A DNA stretch of 64,000 nucleotides, taken from positions 816,785 through 880,784 of the forward strand of contig JBHLNF010000001.1 in the NCBI GenBank assembly GCA_048937405.1. Direction: 5' to 3'. The stretch is from Promethearchaeota archaeon (GTDB lineage: Archaea > Asgardarchaeota > Lokiarchaeia > Sigyniarchaeales > SOKP01). Under the pieces are notes generated by a model that was not told where the DNA came from, ran no database searches, and worked only from the letters and a program-made list of their open reading frames with translations. The translations under genes and the position numbers were made by a program. Of this stretch, positions 9,859 to 19,554 are shown in pieces (the first letter of the stretch is position 1; each line of letters opens with the position of its first letter).

Positions 9859-11121
9859 ATGGTAACTTATTGGGCGCCTTTATTACATGCTTACCAGCCA
9901 CCGACTCAAGATTTTAAAGTTTTAAAAGATATTGATAAAGAATGTTATAAACCAGTATTTTCACTTCTGGAAAAATATGATGATATTCAAATTACCTTAA
10001 ATATCAATGGAGTTCTTATTGAGTTATTTTATCAATTTGGATTATCAGATACAATTGATTTAATAAAGAAATTGGTTGCTGAGAGAAAAATTGAAATAGC
10101 TGGGACTGCAAAATATCATCCAATTCTTCCTCTTATTCCTCAAAAGGAAGTTCAACATCAAATTCAGATGAATGAAGAATTAAATAGAAAAGAATTTAGT
10201 CGCTGGGAAAAAAAGGGTTTTTTTCCTCCAGAATTGGCAATCTCAGGAAGTTTAGTTAAAGAAATTCGTCAATTAGGATATAAATGGGTAATTTTAAGTG
10301 GTATCGCATGTCCAGCAGAGTGGACATATGACAAGATCTATGCATCTCCTAATGGCCTTCAATTATACTTTAGAGATGATATCCTAAGTAATAAAATTGC
10401 ATTCAAAGATATAACAGCAAAAGAATTTATCAAAGCTTTACTAAAAATGTATAAGAATGAAAAAGATATTATAGAAAATGATACATACATCATTTCTGCA
10501 TTAGATATTGAGACATTTGGGCATCATATTAAAAAGTATGAAAAAATCTTTTTAGGTAAAACCCTTGATCTAATTACTATTGATGATAAAATCAAAACTA
10601 TTTTTATTTCAGATTTAAATCAGTATTTTCCAATAGCCAAGAAAAAAATTATTCCAAGAGAGTCAAGTTGGAGTACAACTTATGAAGATATTAAAAAGAA
10701 TATCCCATATCCTCTTTGGGATCATCCAGATAATAGTGTGCATAAATATTATTGGAAACTTATGAAAAGTCTAAATAATTTAATATATTTATCAGATAAT
10801 TTAGATCTTACATTGGATTGGGAAGTAGCTAATTATTACAATACAGCTAGATATTTCTATGATCGTGGTATTTATTCTTGTCCTATGTGGTGGTCTAATC
10901 CTCTTAATGGCACTTGGTCTCCAAATTTAATATACAAAGGTCTTGAAATTCTAATGAGATCGGCATTAAATGCTCAAATGGCATTAGTTTATGCTGGTAA
11001 ATCAGATTTAGGTGAAAGTTATTTTGATTCAATTTCTTATTATCACGGTCTTTTGCTTATGGAATTGAATAACATTACAAAAAAGAATTTAAAAGAATCT
11101 AATCAGAATAGATCTACATAA
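9859..11121 (+). CDS. Glycoside hydrolase family 57
   Basis: HAYQP, HPILPLIP, catalytic FFPPELA and ALDIETFGHH, SSW. Confidence 0.9.
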   Translation: MVTYWAPLLHAYQPPTQDFKVLKDIDKECYKPVFSLLEKYDDIQITLNINGVLIELFYQFGLSDTIDLIKKLVAERKIEIAGTAKYHPILPLIPQKEVQHQIQMNEELNRKEFSRWEKKGFFPPELAISGSLVKEIRQLGYKWVILSGIACPAEWTYDKIYASPNGLQLYFRDDILSNKIAFKDITAKEFIKALLKMYKNEKDIIENDTYIISALDIETFGHHIKKYEKIFLGKTLDLITIDDKIKTIFISDLNQYFPIAKKKIIPRESSWSTTYEDIKKNIPYPLWDHPDNSVHKYYWKLMKSLNNLIYLSDNLDLTLDWEVANYYNTARYFYDRGIYSCPMWWSNPLNGTWSPNLIYKGLEILMRSALNAQMALVYAGKSDLGESYFDSISYYHGLLLMELNNITKKNLKESNQNRST

Positions 11122-11309
11122 ATCTTATCAATGTTCTCTTGAAAAATAGTTATTTAATTCATTTTTTTAATATTTTTTTTTATATCTACATTTCTATTCA
11201 CATTGATATCTAATGACTTTAATAAAATGCAAGCAAAAATTATATAATTTCTGATTTATATAATTTACAAAATATATAATGAAAAAGAAATAAAGCATAA
11301 ACCTGAAAA

Positions 11310-12371
11310 ATGTCAGAAAATATTGAAAAGAAGATAAAATACTGTGTTTACTGTGGAGTGGAAGTGCCAGAAAATAAGACTTATTGTCCAAAATGTGGAA
11401 AATTAATAGTTAAAATTGATTCTAAAAAAACAGAACAGAAACCTGCAATGATTCAAAAAATGGATATTTCAAGAAAATGTCCTGGATGTGGATCTATAAT
11501 AACATCTACAATTATCGATCAATGTCCGATATGTGATACACCATTAGAGAAGATTTCTGATGTCAAAAAAGTATTAATTCAGAAAAAACCTGGCTTAATT
11601 TTTACAGAAAAAAAACTTGTACCTGAAGAAGATTTAGTATTAAAAAAAGATGTATGGAATCTGAAAGAAGGTATTAATGTTTTTCTGACTAGTATCTATG
11701 TTTTAATAATTATCTATTTTTTATTATATGCTTTTATTTCATTTCAAGCAGATACAACTACTATTGATGTTAGTATTCAACAAATCTTATTATTCCAGAT
11801 ACCTGATTTAATTTTTGGTGTGTATCCAATTTGGTATATATATAATAAAAAACATCATTTTAATAAATTAGGATTTAAACTGAAATCCAAAAAAATTCTT
11901 ATCGCTCTTATTCTTGGAGCAATAGGTACTGCTGATTTATTAGTAATTAATTTTTTCTCTGATTTTTTTATAGATTACCTTTCAGATGTAGGTTTTAATT
12001 TTTTACAAGTTACTGAGAGCATTAGCGAGCAAAATCAGGTGATTAAGGAGGCGGAACTATTATGGAAAATTCTATTTATTATAGTAGTTTGTATAGGAAC
12101 AATTTCTTCGGAGATTGTATTTAGAGGGGTATTACATAACACTTTAAAACAAAAATTTCAATCAAATTTTTATGTTATTCTAATAGTTGCTCTTGTATAT
12201 TCATTTATAGTACTAATATTTTCTTTTCAAATTGGATTGATATTATTTCTGGCAAATTTCTTATCTTTTGTAATCTTAGGTCTTCTTTACGAGTGGAATG
12301 GAAATATTCTTAATACAATGATTGCAAATGTCGCATTTAATATTTTGATAATATTCCTTTTTTATTTTTAA
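11310..12371 (+). CDS. Double zinc-ribbon + CPBP (CAAX protease-like) membrane protein, catalytic motifs degenerate
   Basis: Four CxxC pairs followed by multiple TM helices; SEIVFRG instead of EExxFRG; ANVAFN instead of HxxxN. Confidence 0.7.
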   Translation: MSENIEKKIKYCVYCGVEVPENKTYCPKCGKLIVKIDSKKTEQKPAMIQKMDISRKCPGCGSIITSTIIDQCPICDTPLEKISDVKKVLIQKKPGLIFTEKKLVPEEDLVLKKDVWNLKEGINVFLTSIYVLIIIYFLLYAFISFQADTTTIDVSIQQILLFQIPDLIFGVYPIWYIYNKKHHFNKLGFKLKSKKILIALILGAIGTADLLVINFFSDFFIDYLSDVGFNFLQVTESISEQNQVIKEAELLWKILFIIVVCIGTISSEIVFRGVLHNTLKQKFQSNFYVILIVALVYSFIVLIFSFQIGLILFLANFLSFVILGLLYEWNGNILNTMIANVAFNILIIFLFYF

Positions 12372-12480
12372 TTTTGACACTACATTACCTCTTAAATATA
12401 AAATTTTAATAATAAGGAAAATCAATAATCTCAATAGTTTTATTAACACGACTTGATCTTCCTGATTCGGAGAAAAAATT

Positions 12481-13191
12481 TTGAGTAAAACTATTTATAG
12501 AAATAAAGGGTCAAAAGATAATATAGTCATATCTATTGCAGGTGTTCATGGTGTGGGAAAAACAACAGTTTTCAATCTTCTTAAATCAAAAGTTAAGGAA
12601 AATAATAAATTTAGATTTTTTCCTGAAAGATATATAAAAAATCCCCCTTTTCCCTTTGGTTCTTCGGATAAACAGATTGGTTTTCGAAGCGAGCTTCATT
12701 TTCTTCAACAATTAATTAGACGTAATCAAAATATTACCAATTTTGACAACAAATATAATGGTAGAATTATTATCTTAGATAGAACGCCTTTATGTGTTTT
12801 AATTTATTCCAAAAGTTTAAACCTAAAAGAAAAAGACTATAATCTTATTTTAGACACATACAATTCCATCCAATGGAAAGAAGATTATATTTTCTATTTA
12901 TACGCTAATCCGAATACGATTATGAAACGTATAATCCAAAGGGGGTCTTTAGAAAAAATAAGAAAAGATTGGAATGAAGAAGATAAAGAATACTTGCTAA
13001 CTATTATTTCTTATTATAGAAAATATCTTTCAACTAAAGAGAATATTTTTATGCTTGATACAGATAACCAGAATCCGGAACAAGTTATTAATGAGATAAA
13101 AAAATTAATAACACAGGTATCTGGATATTCCTTTGATAAATCAGATAATTCTATTTCAACCCAAATGAATATTTTAAAATTTTTAAAATAA
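12481..13191 (+). CDS. Deoxynucleoside/thymidylate kinase family P-loop kinase with C-terminal PIP box
   Basis: GVHGVGKTT, ILDRT, lid RIIQRG; ends QMNILKFLK. Confidence 0.8.
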   Translation: MSKTIYRNKGSKDNIVISIAGVHGVGKTTVFNLLKSKVKENNKFRFFPERYIKNPPFPFGSSDKQIGFRSELHFLQQLIRRNQNITNFDNKYNGRIIILDRTPLCVLIYSKSLNLKEKDYNLILDTYNSIQWKEDYIFYLYANPNTIMKRIIQRGSLEKIRKDWNEEDKEYLLTIISYYRKYLSTKENIFMLDTDNQNPEQVINEIKKLITQVSGYSFDKSDNSISTQMNILKFLK

Positions 13192-13291
13192 GATGACAAT
13201 AAAATATATTAAAATAGTCTTTCTATTTATACATAAATCTAGATTAAATAAATCGTGTATATTCTGATAATATTATAAAGGGAAAAAATAA

Positions 13292-14278
13292 ATGTCTACA
13301 ATTGCAGAAGATATCCGCATAAAAATGATGGGTGTTTTAAAAGAAGAAGAAGAAAATACTGATTTAGAAAATCTCGCAGTTTTATCTCGAGTAGGAATGA
13401 AAATAGCCAGTGCTAAATCTTCAGAATTGGATGCTGATGCAACTTCAGCGTCTAGTACTGCTTTAATAGATCTAGGACTAAGACTTAACCAAGCAACGGT
13501 TCATGGGGCATTAACAGAAATTATATTGCATAACACATCAGGTTATAGTATTTTGGTAGCAATTAATGATGAATATATAGTTTTTGGAGGATTAAGAGCG
13601 ATTTATAGAATTGGCTATTATCTCGGGTACTTGAGAGAGTTAGCAAAAAAGCTGAATAGATTGATTTCAGGAGATCAAGAAACTGAGATGATGCTTTCAC
13701 TTGAAGAATCTGAAATCAGAAAGATTGAACAACAAAAAGCAGATGAGGAAGAAAAAGCTATTGTAAAACCCTCAATAGCACAAGATAAAGCTGCTTTAGA
13801 TGATCTTTTAGGATTCTTAGATGACTGGGAACAGGAAGGAGAGGATTTTGAGGAACTTGAAGTAACTACTGAAAACAATATTGTTTCAATACCAAAATCA
13901 ATGGGTTTAGGGATTAATAAAGAAGTAAAAGTGGCTGTTGAATCTGATGTAAATCAAGTAACCGAAGGCACTACTCCTGGATCTCGGTTTAAAGTTTATG
14001 ATGATGAAATTCCTCCAATTCCTCTTAATGATTACACTCCAATGGAAATTGATGAAGAATCAACTACGGAGGCTCCAAATATTGCTTCTCAAGAACCTAT
14101 TTCAACACATAAATTTCCATCCTTGGCTGAATTACCTTCTTTTGATGAATTAGCTCCACCTGACTTTGATTCAGAAATTTCTGCATCCGAATATGATACA
14201 GAATTTGTATTAGAGGAAGAATCAGAAACTTTAGGTTCAGTTTTAAAAGATCTTGGTTGGGATCAAGAAGAAGATTAG
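13292..14278 (+). CDS. Roadblock/LC7-domain protein with long acidic tail
   Basis: N-terminal about 125 aa has the roadblock pattern (AVLSRVGMKIAS...SASSTALIDLG...GALTEIILH...SILVAIND); about 200 aa D/E/P-rich tail. Confidence 0.75.
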   Translation: MSTIAEDIRIKMMGVLKEEEENTDLENLAVLSRVGMKIASAKSSELDADATSASSTALIDLGLRLNQATVHGALTEIILHNTSGYSILVAINDEYIVFGGLRAIYRIGYYLGYLRELAKKLNRLISGDQETEMMLSLEESEIRKIEQQKADEEEKAIVKPSIAQDKAALDDLLGFLDDWEQEGEDFEELEVTTENNIVSIPKSMGLGINKEVKVAVESDVNQVTEGTTPGSRFKVYDDEIPPIPLNDYTPMEIDEESTTEAPNIASQEPISTHKFPSLAELPSFDELAPPDFDSEISASEYDTEFVLEEESETLGSVLKDLGWDQEED

Positions 14279-14593
14279 CTCTTACTGATATTGTTTTTAA
14301 AGTTAATATATTATTACTTTTGGTTTTTTACGTCTTTTTTTAAACTCAGTTATAATCTAATATCTAAAGAATATATTTTTAAATTTTAAATAATCAATTT
14401 TCCACTTCTATACAAAGAAATGTGTTAAATTAGATTTTGATTGGGAAAAAAATAGCTAAAAAGAATTGGTTTTTTTATTTCAGTTATTTTTCTGAAGGAT
14501 TTAAGAAATTTTCAATTAATCATCTTTATCTCATTTCAACTGTTAATAAAATAAAGTTTTTAGAATAAGTTTAGTACTAATTCTTTTAATGAT

Positions 14594-14827
14594 TTAATAT
14601 CTTCTATCTTTTGAAACTACCTTTACATTTAAAGCTTCAGGTCCCTTTCCATTTTTTGATTGTTTTAGTTCAAATTCTACCTCATCGCCCATATCGAGCT
14701 TTTTAAAACCATCCATTTCAACATTGGAAAAATGAACAAAAACATCTTCCTGATCTTTAACACTGATGAAACCATATCCTTTTTTAGCATCAAACCATTT
14801 AACAAATCCGACTTTCATATCTGACAT
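14594..14827 (-). CDS. Cold-shock domain protein
   Basis: GFVKWFDAKKGYGFI (RNP1) and DVFVHFS (RNP2). Confidence 0.95.
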   Translation of the reverse strand: MSDMKVGFVKWFDAKKGYGFISVKDQEDVFVHFSNVEMDGFKKLDMGDEVEFELKQSKNGKGPEALNVKVVSKDRRY

Positions 14828-15015
14828 TTGTAATTCTCTTGTTATTGATTTTTATTTCATTATATAATATTACCAAAAATCTTCTTAGGATATTTTATAA
14901 CAGTAATATTAATTGAAATTAAATAAAAAAATAAATTTTTATTTTTAAAATTTATTTAAACACACCTTCTTCATCAAAAAATCAATAAATCATTAAATAC
15001 TTTTTTTATACAAGT

Positions 15016-16374
15016 ATGATTTTCAATAAGGTTCTAGAAATTTATCAAAAATACCACATATGTATTCACTGTTTGGGGAGAATGTTTTCACTTCTAGCAA
15101 CAGATACAACTAACTATGAAAGAGGGAATTCCTTATTGCTTTCAATAACTATGGAAAACCATAAAAATTATATTAGTGGAAATGATGCTTTACAAAAAGA
15201 ATCAATCAATAATTTGAAATTACTAGCCGAAAATGCATGTTATAATCCCGCTCAGAAGGTTTTAACCAAGGAAGGATTGGGATATTTAAAAAATAACATA
15301 AATCAAATATGCCATCTATGTAATAACATTTTTGACACCATCCAAAAATATGTGAATAAAACCAAAGAAGTACTTAAAGAAATTGAATTTAATAATTTTT
15401 TAATTGGATCGAGCCCAGAATCAAGAATAATCAATCGAGAAGACAAATTCAAAGTAGAATTCAATCTTTTAGAAGCAGAATCCTTTAAAAGTCATATTAA
15501 TCGAGTAATTGGGAAAAAACTGCAAGCTGCAATTGGCAAACCTCCAGAATTCAATAATCCTGACATTTTAATTATATACTCTATTGATTATGATTCTTTT
15601 GATTTTAACATAATATTCAAATCTCTTTTTATATATGGAACGTATAATAAACTAATAAGAGGTATCCCTCAAACCCATTGGTTTTGTAGAATTTGTAAAG
15701 GAAATGGATGTAAAGAATGTAATTTTACTGGTAAACAATATTTATCAAGTGTAGAAGATTTAATTAGCCCCTACTTTATTAAAGAAACAAAATCAAGTGA
15801 TTCAAAGTTTCATGGCGCTGGAAGAGAAGATATTGATGTAAAAATGTTAGGTTTAGGAAGACCTTTTATTCTTGAATTAAGAAATCCTAAAAAAAGAAAT
15901 ATAAATTTAACCAAAATCGAAAAAAAAGTTAATAAAAAAAATAGAAAAAAGATTCAAATCAGGAATTTAAAGTATAGTAATAAGCGTGAAGTAATTAAGC
16001 TTAAATCTGAAGCAAAAAACACCAAGAAAATTTATAAAGCGATAGTATTAGCTGAAACTAAAATTAATAGAAATCAATTTGATCAAAAACTACTGAAATT
16101 GAAAAAGATCTTTAACAATTGTAAAATTAAACAAAGAACTCCATACAGAGTCTCTCACCGTCGAGCAGATAAAATACGTCAAAAAATTATTTACAGTGTT
16201 GAAGGAAAATTTATTAAAAAGAATCTATTCGAATTTAAAATAATCTCTCAAGGTGGAACTTATATAAAAGAATTGATAAATGGAGATGAAGGACGTACAT
16301 CTCCTTCTTTTTCAGAAATTTTTGAAACTAAATTAGTATGTAAAGATTTAGATGTACTAGGAGTATCACTATAG
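15016..16374 (+). CDS. pus10: tRNA pseudouridine(54/55) synthase Pus10
   Basis: CxHCLGR, FHGAGREDIDV (catalytic Asp), QRTPYRVSHRRAD, GGTYIKELINGDEGRT. Confidence 0.95.
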   Translation: MIFNKVLEIYQKYHICIHCLGRMFSLLATDTTNYERGNSLLLSITMENHKNYISGNDALQKESINNLKLLAENACYNPAQKVLTKEGLGYLKNNINQICHLCNNIFDTIQKYVNKTKEVLKEIEFNNFLIGSSPESRIINREDKFKVEFNLLEAESFKSHINRVIGKKLQAAIGKPPEFNNPDILIIYSIDYDSFDFNIIFKSLFIYGTYNKLIRGIPQTHWFCRICKGNGCKECNFTGKQYLSSVEDLISPYFIKETKSSDSKFHGAGREDIDVKMLGLGRPFILELRNPKKRNINLTKIEKKVNKKNRKKIQIRNLKYSNKREVIKLKSEAKNTKKIYKAIVLAETKINRNQFDQKLLKLKKIFNNCKIKQRTPYRVSHRRADKIRQKIIYSVEGKFIKKNLFEFKIISQGGTYIKELINGDEGRTSPSFSEIFETKLVCKDLDVLGVSL

Positions 16375-16490
16375 TGCTTGTTTTTCATCTTAGACTTCGT
16401 TTTAAATCAAAAAATAAATAAATTATGATACATAATTCTACCAAATCAATTATGTTATTTTTGCATAAACAATTATTAAGGTGTATTGAA

Positions 16491-16802
16491 TTGGTTAAAC
16501 ATAGAGGATATCGTACAAAAACAAGACATAAACATAGAAGAAATGTCCGTAATAGAGGATTAACTTCTGTCGAGAAATATTTAATAGATTATAAAATTGA
16601 CGATAAAGTTGATATTATTACAGATTCTTCACAACATAAGCGAGGAATGCCCCATTCTAGGTATCATGGTCGTACAGGGACCATTATTGGTCAACGAGGG
16701 CGTTGTTATCTAGTTGATGTAAAATTAGGAAACTCTAAAAAGACCTTGATAATAGGGAGAGAACATTTAAGATTAAATTCATTATCAAATAAAATAAACT
16801 AA
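16491..16802 (+). CDS. rpl21e: 50S ribosomal protein L21e
   Basis: TTG at 16491; GYRTKTR and GMPHSRYHGRTG; conserved pus10-L21e-rpoF order. Confidence 0.95.
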   Translation: MVKHRGYRTKTRHKHRRNVRNRGLTSVEKYLIDYKIDDKVDIITDSSQHKRGMPHSRYHGRTGTIIGQRGRCYLVDVKLGNSKKTLIIGREHLRLNSLSNKIN

Positions 16803-16821
16803 ATTTTTATAGAGATAAACT

Positions 16822-17187
16822 ATGTCTGGAAGAAAAATAGACGAGAAAATCGTTTCAATACCAGAAGTAAAAGAAATTATGGAAAACTTAAAAGATCATA
16901 TAACAGAAATTGATGCAGAAGAAGGGATGTCCCATTTTCAAGAAATAACCTATAATTATGTAAATAAATTTGCAAAGTATGATGTGAAAATAGCGCAGAA
17001 AATACAAAAATTACTAATTGAAAAGTATGAGATAGAGGAAATTTACGCTATTAATATTATAAATATAAATCCAAAAACAATCCCTGAACTTCGGATGATT
17101 TTGGAAAAATCTTTTGTTGGAAAAACTTTTGATGATGAACAATTACAAGAAATACTCTACCAAATAGAAGAAATAAAAACATCTTGA
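16822..17187 (+). CDS. rpoF: RNA polymerase subunit F (Rpo4)
   Basis: VSIPEVKEI...YNYVNKFAK...NIININPKTIPELRMIL; follows L21e. Confidence 0.88.
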   Translation: MSGRKIDEKIVSIPEVKEIMENLKDHITEIDAEEGMSHFQEITYNYVNKFAKYDVKIAQKIQKLLIEKYEIEEIYAINIININPKTIPELRMILEKSFVGKTFDDEQLQEILYQIEEIKTS

Positions 17188-17354
17188 ATTAAATCATATT
17201 TAATGAAAAATTTTAATTATTTTCTAAAAAATTAGAAGAATTTATAAGTTTCAATCTCTATAATTCTAATGAAGAATCTCTACTGTTAAAATAGATTATT
17301 ACAATTAAAATTCTGAAATGGTAATCGGAAAAGTAAAAAAACAGTTAACTAGTA

Positions 17355-17999
17355 ATGATGGAAAGAAGAGAGCGATACAGACGTCCTCCACGCAAAAGAG
17401 ATTATCGTGGTGGTCCGAAGAAAAAAAAACAATTTATAAAGAAGTTTCGGGAAGTAGTTATCTTAGATTCATTAATACATGGACATCCCGAAGAAGATAG
17501 ACCTAGTTGGGCTAAAACTCCAATTGCTCAAGTTCTTACTTTTCCAGATTTTGTACTTTATGAAGTTAAGCTAAATAAAACTTCAAATATTGAAGTACAA
17601 GAACAAAAAACATATGAAGAATTCTTGAATGAAGATAAATTAGGAGAAGTTTTGAAAAAGATTGACTATAATGATTTAACAAGTACATCAAAAGCTTTAA
17701 TACTGCCAATTCTTGAAAAAGAAGTTTTAAAATATGAAGAAGAATTTATTAGATTCTTCAATAACTCTACTTCAATAACTCCAAGAATGCATGCATTAAA
17801 ATTATTGCCCGGAGTTGGACAAAAACATATGTGGGAGATTCTTGATGCTAGAGAAAGACAAAAATTTGGAACGTTTCAAGATATCGCTGATAGAACGAGC
17901 ATTTCTAATCCAGCGAAACTAATTGCACAGAGAATTATTAAGGAACTTCAGCGAGATGTAAAATATTACCTTTTTAGCAAGACTCAAAAATATGAATGA
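17355..17999 (+). CDS. DUF655 family putative RNA-binding protein
   Basis: FFNNSTSITPRMHALKLLPGVG helix-hairpin-helix; conserved position between rpoF and ksgA. Confidence 0.88.
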   Translation: MMERRERYRRPPRKRDYRGGPKKKKQFIKKFREVVILDSLIHGHPEEDRPSWAKTPIAQVLTFPDFVLYEVKLNKTSNIEVQEQKTYEEFLNEDKLGEVLKKIDYNDLTSTSKALILPILEKEVLKYEEEFIRFFNNSTSITPRMHALKLLPGVGQKHMWEILDARERQKFGTFQDIADRTSISNPAKLIAQRIIKELQRDVKYYLFSKTQKYE

Positions 18000-18841
18000 G
18001 CCTTATGGATAAAAAAGAAGTACAACTTATTTTAAAACAACTTAAAATAACTCCAAATAAAAAATTAGGACAAAATTTCTTAATAGATAAAAATGTTGTT
18101 AAGAAAGTCATTTCGCTCTCAGAACTTTCTAATGATGACATTATTTTAGAAATTGGTCCTGGTTTAGGGGCTTTAACAAAAGAATTGGTAAAAAAGGTCA
18201 AAAAAATATATGCAATTGAAATAGATCGTCGCCTTGTTTCATATTTAAATAAAAAATTTTCAAATTTTGACAATATTGAGATTATTCATGGAAATATACT
18301 TGAATCAGAAATACCGTATTATAATAAAGTAGTATCCAATATTCCATATTCAATAACAGGACCAATCTTTGAAAGAATTTTTTACAAAAAAGATCCTCCA
18401 ACTGGTATTTTAATTATTGAAAAAAGTCTTTCAGAACGAATTTTTATATCAGATAATTATAAAAATTTTTCAAGAATTAGTGTTACTGCCAATATATTTA
18501 TAAATCCTTTATCTAAATCAACTATTTCAAGAATGAGCTTTTATCCTATTCCAAAGATACCATTATCACTAATTAAAATAATCCCAAAACAAAATATTAA
18601 TCCATTCCTAATGAAAAAAGATGCCATTGTCTTTTTTTTAAAATTTGTTGCGGGGATAATGCCATATAAAAACAAAAATATTGTAAATGCTTTAGATCTT
18701 TATTTCAAAACATCTAATAGAAAAAAATATACTAAAGAAGAAATCTTTATAATTTTAAATAAAAATAATTACGATAATAAAAAATTATTTAGCTATACAA
18801 TCGAGGAATTTATTGAGATTTGTAAATTATTTTATTCTTGA
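17996..18841 (+). CDS. rsmA: 16S rRNA adenine dimethyltransferase KsgA/Dim1
   Basis: KKLGQNFL, LEIGPGLGALT, AIEID, VSNIPYSIT. Confidence 0.95.
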   Translation: MSLMDKKEVQLILKQLKITPNKKLGQNFLIDKNVVKKVISLSELSNDDIILEIGPGLGALTKELVKKVKKIYAIEIDRRLVSYLNKKFSNFDNIEIIHGNILESEIPYYNKVVSNIPYSITGPIFERIFYKKDPPTGILIIEKSLSERIFISDNYKNFSRISVTANIFINPLSKSTISRMSFYPIPKIPLSLIKIIPKQNINPFLMKKDAIVFFLKFVAGIMPYKNKNIVNALDLYFKTSNRKKYTKEEIFIILNKNNYDNKKLFSYTIEEFIEICKLFYS

Positions 18842-18858
18842 AATATAAATAATATTAA

Positions 18859-19554
18859 GTGATGAAAATAAATCTTCTAACCGATCCAATAATTAATTGT
18901 GATTTTAGTAGCGTTTACACTCCTTCTGATGATAGTTATTTAATAATTGACTATTTTAAACACAAAATTGATAATAATAATTTTGATGGGATTAAATTAA
19001 ACAAAATAAAAAATATACTGGATTTAGGTACTGGGACCGGAATAATTGCTATATTTTTGCAATTAATTAAATTAGAGAATTCAAACTTCAATCCAAAAAT
19101 ATATGCTTCTGATATCTTAGAAGATTCAATAAAATGTATGAGGTTGAATCAAAAGAGAAATAAAATGAATAATCAAATTACTCTACTAAACTCTGATTTA
19201 TTTAAATCCTTTCCGGATAAGTTGAAACACACCTTTAACATAATAATCTTTAATCCTCCATATCTACCTTCCTCCTCTTTAGTTAAGGAAAATCACAATA
19301 AACAGAATATTGATTTTAGTTGGGATGGTGGTTTAAAAGGATATGAAGTTTTAATTGATTTTCTTACCGTTGCCAAAACATTTCTAAATTTGAGAGAAGA
19401 ACACTATATCTATTTTATTAGTTCTAGCAGAACAAATCTGAAAGAACTAGATAAATCAATTATAAATCTAGGGTATACAAAGAGAATTGTTGCTAAAAAA
19501 CATATTTTTTTTGAAGATATTATTTTATATAGATTAAATATTAATTTCAGTTAA
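18859..19554 (+). CDS. HemK2/Mtq2-like protein glutamine methyltransferase
   Basis: VYTPSDDSYL, LDLGTGTG, FNPPYLP, WDGG. Confidence 0.88.
   Translation: MMKINLLTDPIINCDFSSVYTPSDDSYLIIDYFKHKIDNNNFDGIKLNKIKNILDLGTGTGIIAIFLQLIKLENSNFNPKIYASDILEDSIKCMRLNQKRNKMNNQITLLNSDLFKSFPDKLKHTFNIIIFNPPYLPSSSLVKENHNKQNIDFSWDGGLKGYEVLIDFLTVAKTFLNLREEHYIYFISSSRTNLKELDKSIINLGYTKRIVAKKHIFFEDIILYRLNINFS

Noticed and set aside
11194-18273. Short ORFs 11194-11391, 13014-13199, 13675-13878, 17318-17500, 17974-18273
   Set aside because: Overlap confident genes in other frames or strands, with compositions typical of shadow frames.
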